A stretch of DNA of 32,000 nucleotides from Patescibacteria group bacterium (GCA_041649575.1 JBAZMW010000001.1:120001-152000), one strand, 5' to 3'. Counted from the first letter of the stretch, positions 8,267 to 17,607 are shown. The notes: generated from the sequence alone by a model not told the origin. Numbers and translations: made by a program.

Positions 8267-8758
8267 ATGATTTTTACCTTGATCGACGTGATTTTGGTGG
8301 TGGTAGTGGTGGTTTTTGCCGTGATCGGGCTGATGATGGGACTGATAGAGGCGATAGGTGCTTTAATAGGAGTGATCGCTGGCGCTTGGCTGGCCAGTAA
8401 TTATTTTTTGAATGTCGCCGATTGGCTGACGCCGATTCTGCTAGGCCACTCTGGCGCGGCTAAAATCATTGCTTTTTTGGTGATTTTTATTATCGTCAAC
8501 AGATTAGTGGGATTGATTTTTTGGCTGTTAAGTCGTTTTTTGAAACTACTCTCGATAATTCCTTTCTTAAAGTCGATTAATAAAATAGGCGGTTTCATTT
8601 TGGGTTTGGGTGAAGGCGTTTTGGCGACCGGACTGATGGTTTATGTTATCGTAAAGTTTTTGCCGGATCAGTCGGCGCTATTGGCCGGCTTCAATGGTTC
8701 AAGAGTCGCCCACTTGCTGGTTTGGGCCACGCAATTTCTCACTAATTTAATGCCCTGA
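8267..8758 (+). CDS. CvpA family membrane protein
   Basis: MIFTLIDVILVVVVVVFAVIGLMMGLIEAIGALIGVIAGAWLA...: CvpA-like topology and glycine pattern. Confidence 0.75.
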   Translation: MIFTLIDVILVVVVVVFAVIGLMMGLIEAIGALIGVIAGAWLASNYFLNVADWLTPILLGHSGAAKIIAFLVIFIIVNRLVGLIFWLLSRFLKLLSIIPFLKSINKIGGFILGLGEGVLATGLMVYVIVKFLPDQSALLAGFNGSRVAHLLVWATQFLTNLMP

Positions 8759-9591
8759 TGCTGGTAGATTCTCACGCCCATTTAAATTTTAAGGCCTTTG
8801 ATGATGATTTGGAAGAGGTAGTCGGCCGTTGCCGCAATCGAGAGATGAAGGTCGTCAATGTGGGCTCACAATTTATTACCTCCCTGAAAGCCATTAAGAT
8901 CGCTAAGGATTATGATGGTTTTTTTGCAGCCGTTGGCATTCATCCGATCCATTTAGGAGAACATAGTCAAGACCAATTAGAGGAAGCGCAGCAGCAAGAA
9001 ACGGCCAGCGCCGGAGAAGAGTTTGCCAAAATAAGAGAGTTGGTCAAGGAAAAAAAGGTGATAGCTGTCGGCGAGACTGGCCTGGATTATTTCCGGCTGG
9101 CTGGTGATAAGGAAAAAACCAAAGAATTGCAAAGGGAGTATTTTATCAAACACCTTGAACTGGCCAAGGAAAACAAACTGCCGGTAATCTTGCATTGTCG
9201 TGGCAGCGAGGATAGCCCCAGAGACGCCTATAAAGAGGTTTTGGAGATTATCAAAGGCAGAGAGCCAAGGGGCGTGCTTCATTGCTTTGGAGCCGATTGG
9301 GAAACGGCCAGCGAGTTTGTGGCTCGGGGAATACTGGTGGGTTTTACGGGCATTGTCACTTTCAAAAAAAAGGCGGAAGAGTTGCAAGAGGTAGCCCGGC
9401 GGGTACCCTTAAAAAATATTTTAATTGAAACCGACTCTCCCTATTTGGCTCCCGAACCGCATCGGGGCGAGCGTAATGAGCCGGTTTATGTGGAAGATGT
9501 GGCCCGAAAGATCGCCGAACTCAGAGAATTAGATTTGGAAGAAGTGATAAGTGTTACGGCAAAAAATGCCCAGGAATTATTTAATATCTAA
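8758..9591 (+). CDS. TatD family metal-dependent hydrolase/DNase
   Basis: MLVDSHAHLNFKAFDDD...GVHPIHL...VAVGETGLDYF...LPVILHCRG...HCFGAD...ILIETDSPYLAPEPHRG. Confidence 0.95.
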   Translation: MLVDSHAHLNFKAFDDDLEEVVGRCRNREMKVVNVGSQFITSLKAIKIAKDYDGFFAAVGIHPIHLGEHSQDQLEEAQQQETASAGEEFAKIRELVKEKKVIAVGETGLDYFRLAGDKEKTKELQREYFIKHLELAKENKLPVILHCRGSEDSPRDAYKEVLEIIKGREPRGVLHCFGADWETASEFVARGILVGFTGIVTFKKKAEELQEVARRVPLKNILIETDSPYLAPEPHRGERNEPVYVEDVARKIAELRELDLEEVISVTAKNAQELFNI

Positions 9592-9600
9592 ACTGCCGAG

Positions 9601-11193
9601 ATGTTCAAGAATAAAAAAATATTAATTATAATTATCTTAGCGGTAGTTTTGTTTTTCGTTTATGCCTGCCCCTATTTTGAGCTGCGGCCGCAGACCGATA
9701 CAGGCGAGATGTGGATTTTTAATACGCCGGACGAAATGGCTAATTATTTTTTTATCGCCAATTTTAATAATAACAGTGAGTTAAAAGTCAGCGAACCCCT
9801 GAATAACCTTGTCGGCAGTTTGAATATCGTGCATCCGCGCAGTATGCAAGTGGCTAGCGGCAATTTGGTCCCGGGAAATTTTTTGGGTTTCATTTTAATC
9901 TTGGGGTGGCTGGCCAAAATTTTTGGTTTGGCCTCGGTGCCTTTTATTATCCCATTTTTTTCTTTACTGGCCATCATTTGTTTTTATCTGATACTAAAAA
10001 GTTTTTTCGAAGAAAAGATCGCTTTTTGGTCGGCTTTGCTGCTGATGATCTTGCCGGCTTTTTGGTATTACAGCTCACGGTCGTTGTTTAATAACGTTCT
10101 ATTTTTGGATTTTTTGATCATCGGTTTTTATCTGCTAGTCAGGTTTTCAAATAAAAAAAATGTTGTTAACTTGGTGGTGGCCGGCTTACTGATTGGCTCG
10201 GCCCTGACAATGAGGACTGCCGATCTGGCTTGGGTGGGCCTGTTGTTGATTTTATTTTGCTGGTTTCGGCGGCGAGAGATCGGCTGGCCCTATTGGTTGC
10301 TTTTAATCGTCTTGATTTTCGTGCCATTTCTGCCGATATTGTTTTATCAGCTTCAGCTCTATGGCGGGGCGTTGGCAACTGGTTATAGCCTGAAAGCTCA
10401 AGCCGTCGGTAGCTTTTGGCTACTTCATACTGCCCAAAAATTTCTTTTGCCCTTCGGCTTCAGTTTAAAAAATATTTTTTATAATTTTTATTTTTATTTT
10501 ATCAAGATGTTCTGGTGGTATTTCTGGCCTGGCCTTTTGGGCGGACTAACTCTGATCTACCAGTGGCTGAAAGGCAGGTTAACGTTAGAGAAAAAGAGGT
10601 ATTTTGTTTTATTTGTTTTGGTTTCACTATTTATCTTGTTGTATTACGGTTCGTGGTTTTTCTTTAATAATTTAATGGGCAAGGCGCTGATTGGCTCATC
10701 GCAGACTCGCTATTTGTTGCCAATTTATATTTTATCGTTACCGCTAGCCGTTTATGGCTTTGATAAGGTCTTACAATTTATAAAAATTATTTATTTAAAA
10801 AAAATCATTTTTTTGTTAATAGCGGTGATAATGATATTTTTTTCGGTTCGCGTGGTGTGGACTAGTGGCGAGGAGAGTCTGGGCAGTGTTATTAAAACGG
10901 TAAAGAGCTATCAGCAGATAAACAAAGAAGTGAGAAGACTGACCGAGAATAACGCCATTATTGTTTCTAGCTATAACGACAAAGTATTTTTTCCCCAGCG
11001 CAAAGTAATTTACTATTGGCAAGAGCCGCAGTTTTTGGCAAGCATAAGTTTGTTCATGAAGGAGGCGCCGGTGTATTTGTATAGCATTAATGGCCCGGCC
11101 GATGAGAATTATATTAAGAGCAATTCACAGCTGAAGCTGGAATTGGTAAAAAAAATTAATGCCAGCGAGACGCTCTATAAATTAACTAATTAA
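9601..11193 (+). CDS. Polytopic membrane glycosyltransferase (GT39/ArnT-like)
   Basis: About 530 aa with many TM helices, N-terminal periplasmic acidic residues and 'HPRSMQVASGNLVPGNFLGFILILG'. Confidence 0.65.
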   Translation: MFKNKKILIIIILAVVLFFVYACPYFELRPQTDTGEMWIFNTPDEMANYFFIANFNNNSELKVSEPLNNLVGSLNIVHPRSMQVASGNLVPGNFLGFILILGWLAKIFGLASVPFIIPFFSLLAIICFYLILKSFFEEKIAFWSALLLMILPAFWYYSSRSLFNNVLFLDFLIIGFYLLVRFSNKKNVVNLVVAGLLIGSALTMRTADLAWVGLLLILFCWFRRREIGWPYWLLLIVLIFVPFLPILFYQLQLYGGALATGYSLKAQAVGSFWLLHTAQKFLLPFGFSLKNIFYNFYFYFIKMFWWYFWPGLLGGLTLIYQWLKGRLTLEKKRYFVLFVLVSLFILLYYGSWFFFNNLMGKALIGSSQTRYLLPIYILSLPLAVYGFDKVLQFIKIIYLKKIIFLLIAVIMIFFSVRVVWTSGEESLGSVIKTVKSYQQINKEVRRLTENNAIIVSSYNDKVFFPQRKVIYYWQEPQFLASISLFMKEAPVYLYSINGPADENYIKSNSQLKLELVKKINASETLYKLTN

Positions 11194-11208
11194 TAATTTA
11201 TATGATTT

Positions 11209-11616
11209 ATGGACGATTGTCTTTTTTGTAAAATTATCAGAGGAGAGATACCGGCCAGCAAAGTTTATGAGGACGAGGAAGTGGTGGCTTTTTTGGATAT
11301 TTTTCCGGTAAACCCTGGACACACCCTGGTGCTGCCCAAAGTTCATGGTGCTGGTTTTTTGGAATTGCAAAACGAGCTGATTTCCAAAATAATGATGGTA
11401 ATCAAAAAAATTACGCCAGCGATTCTGGCCGGCGTTGATGCAAAGGATTTTAATTTTGGCTTAAATAACGGCGCTCTGGCCGGCCAGGCGATAGCCCACG
11501 TGCATTGGCATATTATGCCGCGATTTGAGGGGGACGGGCACAAGCTTTTTGCCGGCAGACAATACGAGCCGGGCCAGGCGGAGGCGGTACTGAAAAGAAT
11601 AAAAGAAAATTTATAG
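11209..11616 (+). CDS. HIT family protein
   Basis: DDCLFCKIIRGEIPASKVYEDE...HTLVLPKVH...AHVHWHIMPR (HxHxH motif). Confidence 0.95.
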   Translation: MDDCLFCKIIRGEIPASKVYEDEEVVAFLDIFPVNPGHTLVLPKVHGAGFLELQNELISKIMMVIKKITPAILAGVDAKDFNFGLNNGALAGQAIAHVHWHIMPRFEGDGHKLFAGRQYEPGQAEAVLKRIKENL

Positions 11617-11635
11617 AGGAGCTGTCAGTTGAACG

Positions 11636-11668
11636 AAAACAACCCCCGATTAAGCGAGGGTTGTTTTT
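11636..11668. terminator. Bidirectional rho-independent terminator between convergent genes
   Basis: AAAACAACCC (11636-11645) / GGGTTGTTTT (11658-11667). Confidence 0.85.
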
Positions 11669-11675
11669 CAAATAA

Positions 11676-12992
11676 CTATTTTATGTTGATTTTGAAAATG
11701 CCAGCCTGGTCGTTAAAAGTGCCGGCGAGATAAAGGTTGCTACCGCTGCTGTCGCTGGCCAGATAGTCAAGCCGTTCTAGATCAATAAGATCGGTAATAT
11801 TTCTGAGTTCGCGGTTGTCTAGCTCGATGATTCTGATTTTATTATTTTCAGTAAAAATCAAATGGCGGCCAAGAGGATGCCAGAGCGCCTGTTTAATCGG
11901 CTGTCCTAAGCGAGTAATTAGTTCCGGTTCGTTTTTTTTGTTTTCATAAATCCAAAGTTCCCATTGATTGCTAAGTAAGAGAGAACCGTCTTTTAACCAA
12001 TCAATTTGTCCGCTGTCAAGTTTGATTAGGGGATCAATCTGGTCGGGGTCGGCAATGAAGGTTTTTTGCGCTTTTTTATCGAGTAAAATTACCTTAGGAA
12101 AATAACGATTGGCAAAAAGACAATCATCGCACCTGACCTCTTCCAGGAATTCGGGATTTTGGCCGTTGGGTTGGACTTTATTGAGTTTTTGGTCCTTGAA
12201 GGAATAATACTGCCCATCAAGAAAAAGAAAATCTCTGATGCCGGTGTCGGCATATAACAATTTTTCTTGGCCGCTGAAGAGATCAATCTGCCAAGCGCCT
12301 TGCTCGTTAAGGCCATAAAGCAGGTTGTCATTTTCTAGATCCCATTTCATCAACCGGTATTTCTGGCCAGAAATCTTAAATGGAGTCTTATTGATTTTTT
12401 GCTCAATAGTGTAAACCAGGTAGTCGCCAGTCTGGTCTGGTGACGTTTTGACTAATATTTTTTTGCTGGTATTAGACCAGCCTTCAAGAGAAACTGTGGA
12501 ATATTGGCTTAAATCCGCCAGCGGTAACAGTTTACCATCACTAAAATCTAAAAACAGTAATTGGTTTTTGTTGATAATGGCGGCTTTTTTTTGATCGGGA
12601 GCTGTCAGCCAGTCGCTGGGAGAGACCGAGCTTAAACTCACTGGCTGACTATTTTTCCAAAGAATTATTTTTTCTGCGAAAGTGGTAGAATTTTCCAAAA
12701 CAGTCAATTTTTTTTGCCAGTCGTGATAGCCGTCTTTGGTTAGCTTGACTTCGTAATCGCCGGGTAGAATATTTTCCAATCTGGCGGGGGTAGTGTTTGG
12801 GAACGGTTCGCCATTTAGATAAATATTGGCGCGGCGAGGCAGAGAGCTAATAATAAAAATACCAGTTTTTTGGACGCGGCTTTTTTTGAGGTTGTAGCGG
12901 TAACCTTGGGTATAAAGAATTACCGCTGGCGCGGCCAACAAAAAAACGACTATAAAAAAAACATAAATCAGACGACGATGGAAAAGAGTCAT
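11676..12992 (-). CDS. PEGA domain-containing membrane-anchored protein
   Basis: N-terminal TM, then 'GIFIISSLPRRANIYLNGEPFPNTTPARLENILPGDYEVKLTKDGYHDWQKKLTV', a clear PEGA unit; the C-terminal half has beta-propeller-like repeats. Confidence 0.85.
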   Translation of the reverse strand: MTLFHRRLIYVFFIVVFLLAAPAVILYTQGYRYNLKKSRVQKTGIFIISSLPRRANIYLNGEPFPNTTPARLENILPGDYEVKLTKDGYHDWQKKLTVLENSTTFAEKIILWKNSQPVSLSSVSPSDWLTAPDQKKAAIINKNQLLFLDFSDGKLLPLADLSQYSTVSLEGWSNTSKKILVKTSPDQTGDYLVYTIEQKINKTPFKISGQKYRLMKWDLENDNLLYGLNEQGAWQIDLFSGQEKLLYADTGIRDFLFLDGQYYSFKDQKLNKVQPNGQNPEFLEEVRCDDCLFANRYFPKVILLDKKAQKTFIADPDQIDPLIKLDSGQIDWLKDGSLLLSNQWELWIYENKKNEPELITRLGQPIKQALWHPLGRHLIFTENNKIRIIELDNRELRNITDLIDLERLDYLASDSSGSNLYLAGTFNDQAGIFKINIK

Positions 12993-12994
12993 AA

Positions 12995-14254
12995 TTAATC
13001 GTTAATTTTTTCTATTCTGGCGCCAAGATTTTTTAGGCGTTCAACGATATTTTCGTAACCCCGCTCGATTTGGTAGACGTTTTCGATGACGGTCTGTCCC
13101 TCGGCAGCCAAGCCGGCCAGCAGCAGGGCCATGCCGGCGCGCAAGTCCGGACTTTCCAGTTTTTTGCCATAAAGCTGGGTGGGGCCGCTGACAATTACGC
13201 GATGCGGATCGCACATAATAATATTGGCTCCCATTTGCACCAGTTTATCGGTATAAAATAGCCGGCCGTCATAAATCATTTCATGAATCAAGCTTTGGCC
13301 GCTGGCCTGGGTCATAAGTACGGTAAACGGTGCTTGGAGATCGGTGGGGAAGCCGGGATATTCGTGAGTGCGCAATTCCGTGCCGCAGAATTTACTGGTG
13401 TTGGTGGCAATATAATCGGAGCCGATTTCCAAATTAGCGCCGGCTTTTTTCAGGGTCAGAAGCACGGTTTCTAAGTGGTCGGGGCGACAGTTGGTGACAG
13501 AAATTTTACTGTTGGTGAGCAGCCCCATAATTACCAGCGAGCCGGCCTCGATACGATCGGGTAGCAATTGATGCTCACCGCCGCCGATTTTTTCAACGCC
13601 TTCAATGGTAATTTCCGGAGTGCCGGCGCCAGAAATTTTGGCGCCGCAGGAGTTAAGATAATCGGCCAGGGCCGGGATCTCCGGTTCCATGGCGGCATTA
13701 ATAATTTTAGTGGTGCCTTTGGCCAGGCAAGCGGTCATCATCATGCTTTCGGTGACGGTGACGGAAATCCAGGGCAGAACGATTTTGGCGCCGCGCAAAT
13801 CCTTGGCCTTAAGGGTATAGAAGCCATTGTCTCGATTTTCATAGATAGTAGCGCCCAAAGCCTTAAAGCCGTCGAGAAACATACCTATCGGGCGTTTGCC
13901 GATAATGCAGCCGCCCGGGTGAGTGAGCGTGACTTCGCCAAAACGAGCCAGGAGCGGCCCGGCTACCATAATCGAAGAACGTAATTTTTTGGCCAGTTCC
14001 GGATCGGCTGAAGTTTTACTTAAGTTTTTTGGTTCAATGGTCAGTCGGTGGTCTTGGCGCTCGATCTTGGCTCCTAAATTAGCCATGATTTCCACCAAAC
14101 GGTTTATATCTTCGATATTGGGGAGATTGGTGATGGTGCAGGGCTCTTCAGACAATAAAGAAGCAGCTAAAATTTTTAAAGCGGCATTTTTTGCTCCGGA
14201 AACGGCAATTTTGCCGCCCAGCGGCCGACCGCCTTGGATTAGATATTTTTCCAT
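12995..14254 (-). CDS. murA: UDP-N-acetylglucosamine 1-carboxyvinyltransferase
   Basis: MEKYLIQGGRPLGGKIAVSGAKNAALKILAASLL..., PGGCIIGKRPIGMFLDGFKALGA (catalytic-loop Cys), LRAGMALLLAGLAAEG. ORF is open to 14281 but the upstream ATG overlaps the -10. Confidence 0.95.
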   Translation of the reverse strand: MEKYLIQGGRPLGGKIAVSGAKNAALKILAASLLSEEPCTITNLPNIEDINRLVEIMANLGAKIERQDHRLTIEPKNLSKTSADPELAKKLRSSIMVAGPLLARFGEVTLTHPGGCIIGKRPIGMFLDGFKALGATIYENRDNGFYTLKAKDLRGAKIVLPWISVTVTESMMMTACLAKGTTKIINAAMEPEIPALADYLNSCGAKISGAGTPEITIEGVEKIGGGEHQLLPDRIEAGSLVIMGLLTNSKISVTNCRPDHLETVLLTLKKAGANLEIGSDYIATNTSKFCGTELRTHEYPGFPTDLQAPFTVLMTQASGQSLIHEMIYDGRLFYTDKLVQMGANIIMCDPHRVIVSGPTQLYGKKLESPDLRAGMALLLAGLAAEGQTVIENVYQIERGYENIVERLKNLGARIEKIND

Positions 14255-14279
14255 ATAAATTGAAATTTTTGACTTTTTC

Positions 14280-14308
14280 ATTATAGCAATTTAAACCGGC
14301 TTTGATAA
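14280..14308 (-). promoter_or_regulatory. murA promoter TTATCA-N17-TATAAT
   Basis: Plus-strand ATTATA 14280-14285 and TGATAA 14303-14308, i.e. TTATCA-17-TATAAT on minus. Confidence 0.65.
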
Positions 14309-14334
14309 GTCCCCGGACTTTTGCCAAAACGATT

Positions 14335-14362
14335 TTGCTAAAAGCCTTTTTTCTGTTAAAAT
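14335..14362 (+). promoter_or_regulatory. Candidate promoter TTGCTA-N16-TAAAAT for the S41 peptidase gene
   Basis: TTGCTA 14335-14340, TAAAAT 14357-14362. Confidence 0.5.
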
Positions 14363-14401
14363 GTTATTAATTATTATTAAGTTGTAAATCGTATTGATTT
14401 T

Positions 14402-15679
14402 ATGGAAAAGGATTTTGATTCCCAGCTCAAAACAGGAAATCGTTGGCAGTTTCCCTGGTGGCTGGTGGCAATTTTTATTTTGGTTGCCTTTGGCTTCGGC
14501 TTTTTGAGCGCCAGCGATGTTTTTTCGCCAGCCAGCCAAAAAGTAATTAAAGGTATTAGTCCAGAGCAAGCCAGCTCGACTCCCGGCCAGCTCAAAAATG
14601 CCGAGGGCAATCTGCCGGAATATCTTACCAAAGACGTTGATTTTAAATTGTTTTGGGAGGTTTGGAATTTGGTAAAAGACAAATATTACGACAAAAATAT
14701 TCCGGAAACCCAGATGTTTTATGGCGCTTTGGCGGGGATAGTGGCTTCTTTAAAGGATCCTTATTCGGTATTTATGACCGCCCAGGATACCGACCAATTC
14801 ACGGAAGAATTAAAAGGTAATTTTGAAGGCATTGGCATAGAGATAGGCGTTAGAAATAATCTTTTGACAGTAATGGCGCCTTTGCCCGATACCCCGGCCT
14901 CGAGAGCCGGACTAAGGGCAGGAGACGTTATTCTAAAAATCGACAAGCTTGATGCCGCCAGTATCAGCTTGGATAAAGCGGTTAGCTTGATTCGCGGCAA
15001 GAGAGGAACAGAAGTAGCCCTGACCATCACCAGGCATAATTTTAAGGAGCCAAAGGAAATAAAAATTGTCAGAGAGGCGATAACCGTAAAGAGCATAGCT
15101 CTGGAATGGAAAGATGACGTGGCTTATATCAAAGTGCGGCAGTTCAACGATGACACGATACCGCTTTTTGACCAAGCGATAGTAGAAATTTATAAAAAGA
15201 AAAATGTAAAGGGAGTTATTTTGGACTTACGAAATGATCCCGGCGGTTATTTGCAGTCGGCCATTGATATGGCTGGCGAATGGACTAATGGCGAAGTGGT
15301 GGTCTTGGAAAAAATGCGCGACGGCAGCGAGATCAAACATCGTTCCAGCCGTCAGGCCAGATTGACCAAATACCAAACCGTCGTTTTGGTTAATGGCGGC
15401 AGCGCCTCCGGCTCGGAAATAGTGGCCGGCGCTTTGCAAGACTTGAAAAAAGCGACGATTGTCGGAGAAAAAAGTTTTGGCAAGGGCTCGGTGCAAGACC
15501 TGACTAATTTGAGCGACGGCTCTTCCATCAAGCTGACTATTGCCAAATGGTTTACGCCCAGCGGCCGCTCCATAGAAGAAGCGGGTATTGAGCCGGATAT
15601 CAAGATAGAACTGTCCGATGAAGACTACAACAATAATCGTGACCCACAACTAGATAAGGCCCTGGAGATGCTAAGGTAG
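14402..15679 (+). CDS. S41 family C-terminal processing peptidase
   Basis: PDZ region 'GIGIEIGVRNNLLTVMAPLPDTPASRAGLRAGDVILKIDKLDA', 'ILDLRNDPGGYLQSAIDMAGEW', catalytic 'NGGSASGSEIVAGALQD...GEKSFGKGSVQ'. Confidence 0.95.
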   Translation: MEKDFDSQLKTGNRWQFPWWLVAIFILVAFGFGFLSASDVFSPASQKVIKGISPEQASSTPGQLKNAEGNLPEYLTKDVDFKLFWEVWNLVKDKYYDKNIPETQMFYGALAGIVASLKDPYSVFMTAQDTDQFTEELKGNFEGIGIEIGVRNNLLTVMAPLPDTPASRAGLRAGDVILKIDKLDAASISLDKAVSLIRGKRGTEVALTITRHNFKEPKEIKIVREAITVKSIALEWKDDVAYIKVRQFNDDTIPLFDQAIVEIYKKKNVKGVILDLRNDPGGYLQSAIDMAGEWTNGEVVVLEKMRDGSEIKHRSSRQARLTKYQTVVLVNGGSASGSEIVAGALQDLKKATIVGEKSFGKGSVQDLTNLSDGSSIKLTIAKWFTPSGRSIEEAGIEPDIKIELSDEDYNNNRDPQLDKALEMLR

Positions 15680-15683
15680 TTTT

Positions 15684-15959
15684 ATGGAGAAAAGATTGGA
15701 GCTAAAAATAGAAGGCAGAGTGCAGGGTGTGGGTTTCCGGTTTGCGGCTCTTAGGAAGGCGCGGGAGCTGGGGCTGAAAGGCTGGGTGAAAAACGATTTC
15801 AATGGCAGCGTGGAAATAGTCGCCGAAGGGGTTGACGAAAATTTGAAAGAGCTTTTGGACTGGTGTTATAATGGAAGTGAAAATTCACAAGTGGAAGCCG
15901 TGACAGCCAATTGGCGGGCGGCTAATGATGATTTTAAGGAATTTTCAGTTTTAGATTAA
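15684..15959 (+). CDS. acyP: Acylphosphatase
   Basis: [46 protein letters not shown], canonical acylphosphatase signature. Confidence 0.93.
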   Translation: MEKRLELKIEGRVQGVGFRFAALRKARELGLKGWVKNDFNGSVEIVAEGVDENLKELLDWCYNGSENSQVEAVTANWRAANDDFKEFSVLD

Positions 15960-15981
15960 AAAATTAATAAGAAATAGGGGA

Positions 15982-16422
15982 ATGAGAGTGATTTTAACCA
16001 AAAAAGTGCCTACTTTGGGAGAAGCCGGCGAGGTTAAAGAGGTGGCTGATGGTTATGCGCGCAATTTTTTGTTTTCCAGGCGTTTGGCGGAGCTGGCAAC
16101 CGAAGAAAATCTGAAAAAATTAGAAGAAAATAACAAGCACAAAGCCAAGCTGGCCGAGAAGGACCTGCTGCTGACCGAACAGCTGGCTGATAGATTAAAT
16201 GGCACGGTGGTAGAAATAGAGGAAAAAGCCAATGAAGTTGGCAAACTATACGCGGCGGTCTCGCCCTCTGCCATTGCCAAAAAATTAAAAGAGCTGGGGC
16301 TGGAGATCAAAAAAAATCAGGTAACGATGCCGGAGCCGATTAAAGAGCTGGGAGAACATCGGGCCTTGATCAACCTGGATCATGGTTTGGAAGTCGAGAT
16401 AACAATTATAGTGAAGGAATAA
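15982..16422 (+). CDS. rplI: Ribosomal protein bL9
   Basis: [49 protein letters not shown]: L9 N-terminal domain, linker helix and C-terminal domain. Confidence 0.96.
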   Translation: MRVILTKKVPTLGEAGEVKEVADGYARNFLFSRRLAELATEENLKKLEENNKHKAKLAEKDLLLTEQLADRLNGTVVEIEEKANEVGKLYAAVSPSAIAKKLKELGLEIKKNQVTMPEPIKELGEHRALINLDHGLEVEITIIVKE

Positions 16423-16448
16423 ACCTTTGTTTTTTAAGGATAAGAAAT

Positions 16449-16478
16449 AGGGGCCGATGCCCCTTCATTTATTTTTTA
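16449..16478 (+). terminator. Likely rho-independent terminator downstream of rplI
   Basis: AGGGGC (16449-16454) CGAT GCCCCT (16459-16464), then a T-rich tract. Confidence 0.7.
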
Positions 16479-16533
16479 GGTTTAGTTGATATTGTGTTTA
16501 GTAAAAAATAATTATCGTAAATTTATCATTATT

Positions 16534-17001
16534 ATGAAAGAGTATAAATCATTTAAGAGAGAAAACTGGATTAATGCTTTTGCTTTTTATTCTCACGAAA
16601 GTCTGGAGGTTTCTAGGATAGCCCATTCGCTCTCAAAAAATACGGTATGCTATCGGTTAGTCTGTGACTCAATAGAATTTTCTTTGAAAGGTTTACTTTG
16701 TTGTTTGGGCTATGAAATTAATTATCTTAAAAATGATTTTGGTCACGATATCTACTCTCTTGCCTCGACTTTATCTGCAGATTGGCTGAAAGTTCGGAAT
16801 GGTAGTTTATTAAAACCCATTGATTTAGAAACAATAAAAAAGGCTTCAGGTTCGTATAAGAATAAAATTTTTCATTATCCCAATGAGTTAGAAAAAGGTA
16901 ATCCAGCTTTTCAAAAATTAGAGAAGGTGGCTGAATTTTTAGTAAAAGAGTTAAGAATCGGGACTATTAATGTCGCACCTGCTGTTTCCGTGGTTAATTA
17001 A
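16534..17001 (+). CDS. Hypothetical protein, possible HEPN-like fold
   Basis: MKEYKSFKRENWINAFAFYSHESLEVSRIAHSLSKNTVCYRLVCDSIEFSLKGLLCCLGYEINYLKNDFGHDIYSLASTLS: helical pattern reminiscent of HEPN domains (…E.SLKGLL...G.....GHD...L). Start 16534 preferred over the 16486 ORF-track start. Confidence 0.4.
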   Translation: MKEYKSFKRENWINAFAFYSHESLEVSRIAHSLSKNTVCYRLVCDSIEFSLKGLLCCLGYEINYLKNDFGHDIYSLASTLSADWLKVRNGSLLKPIDLETIKKASGSYKNKIFHYPNELEKGNPAFQKLEKVAEFLVKELRIGTINVAPAVSVVN

Positions 17002-17009
17002 AATAGGTC

Positions 17010-17038
17010 TTGACAAGAGATAAATAATTTATTAAGAT
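17010..17038 (+). promoter_or_regulatory. Consensus-like promoter TTGACA-N17-TAAGAT
   Basis: TTGACA 17010-17015, 17-bp spacer, TAAGAT 17033-17038. Confidence 0.65.
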
Positions 17039-17095
17039 AATAAGTCCTACAATGGCGTAGGCGTACAATAGTCAACAACAAAGAGGAGAACAACG

Positions 17096-17197
17096 GTGAA
17101 CATTCTGCAAGAGATTTTGGAAGGATCAGCGGCGGTGAAGCCGGAGACCGTGACGAAACACAGCCCTGACGTTAAGGTGGGCCTCGATTTTTTTTAA
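17096..17197 (+). CDS. Putative 33-codon small ORF (GTG start): MNILQEILEGSAAVKPETVTKHSPDVKVGLDFFF
   Basis: GTG 17096, stop TAA 17195-17197, preceded by strong SD AAGAGGAG (17081-17088). Absent from the ORF track because of its length. Confidence 0.45.
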   Translation: MNILQEILEGSAAVKPETVTKHSPDVKVGLDFF

Positions 17198-17214
17198 CAA
17201 AGATTTTTAGATAA

Positions 17215-17243
17215 AAAACATCCCCCTTGATGGGGGATGTTTT
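17215..17243. terminator. Bidirectional rho-independent terminator (sORF unit / rpmA)
   Basis: AAAACATCCCCC (17215-17226) / GGGGGATGTTTT (17232-17243), perfect 12-bp stem. Confidence 0.9.
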
Positions 17244-17255
17244 AATAAAACTAAT

Positions 17256-17528
17256 TTATTCGACGCTGACCATTTGCGCATATTGCAGCCGGCCGTCATA
17301 TTTTTTAATTTTCTTTTTGGTAAATTTGACCAGGCCGACGGCGGTGGCAAAAACAGTGTCGTCTTTGCCGATTTTGGTATTTTTTCCGGCGCGATAGCGG
17401 GTGCCCCGCTGACGGACAATAATGGAGCCGGCCTTGGCCTGCTCGCCGCCGTAAAGCTTGATGCCCAGCCGCTGGGCATTGGAGTCGCGGCCGAGACGAG
17501 TACTGCCGCCAGCTTTCTTATGAGCCAT
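17256..17528 (-). CDS. rpmA: Ribosomal protein bL27
   Basis: [61 protein letters not shown]. Confidence 0.97.
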   Translation of the reverse strand: MAHKKAGGSTRLGRDSNAQRLGIKLYGGEQAKAGSIIVRQRGTRYRAGKNTKIGKDDTVFATAVGLVKFTKKKIKKYDGRLQYAQMVSVE

Positions 17529-17607
17529 ATTTTGAGATTATTAATACTTAAAGTTTAGTAATTAGGATTGTAATATATTATTATTTTTTTGTCAATAAAA
17601 ATGGTTT

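Noticed and set aside
14291-14682. ORFs 14291-14569 (-) and 14377-14682 (-)
   Set aside because: They cover the divergent promoter region and the antisense of the S41 peptidase start; no supporting motifs.
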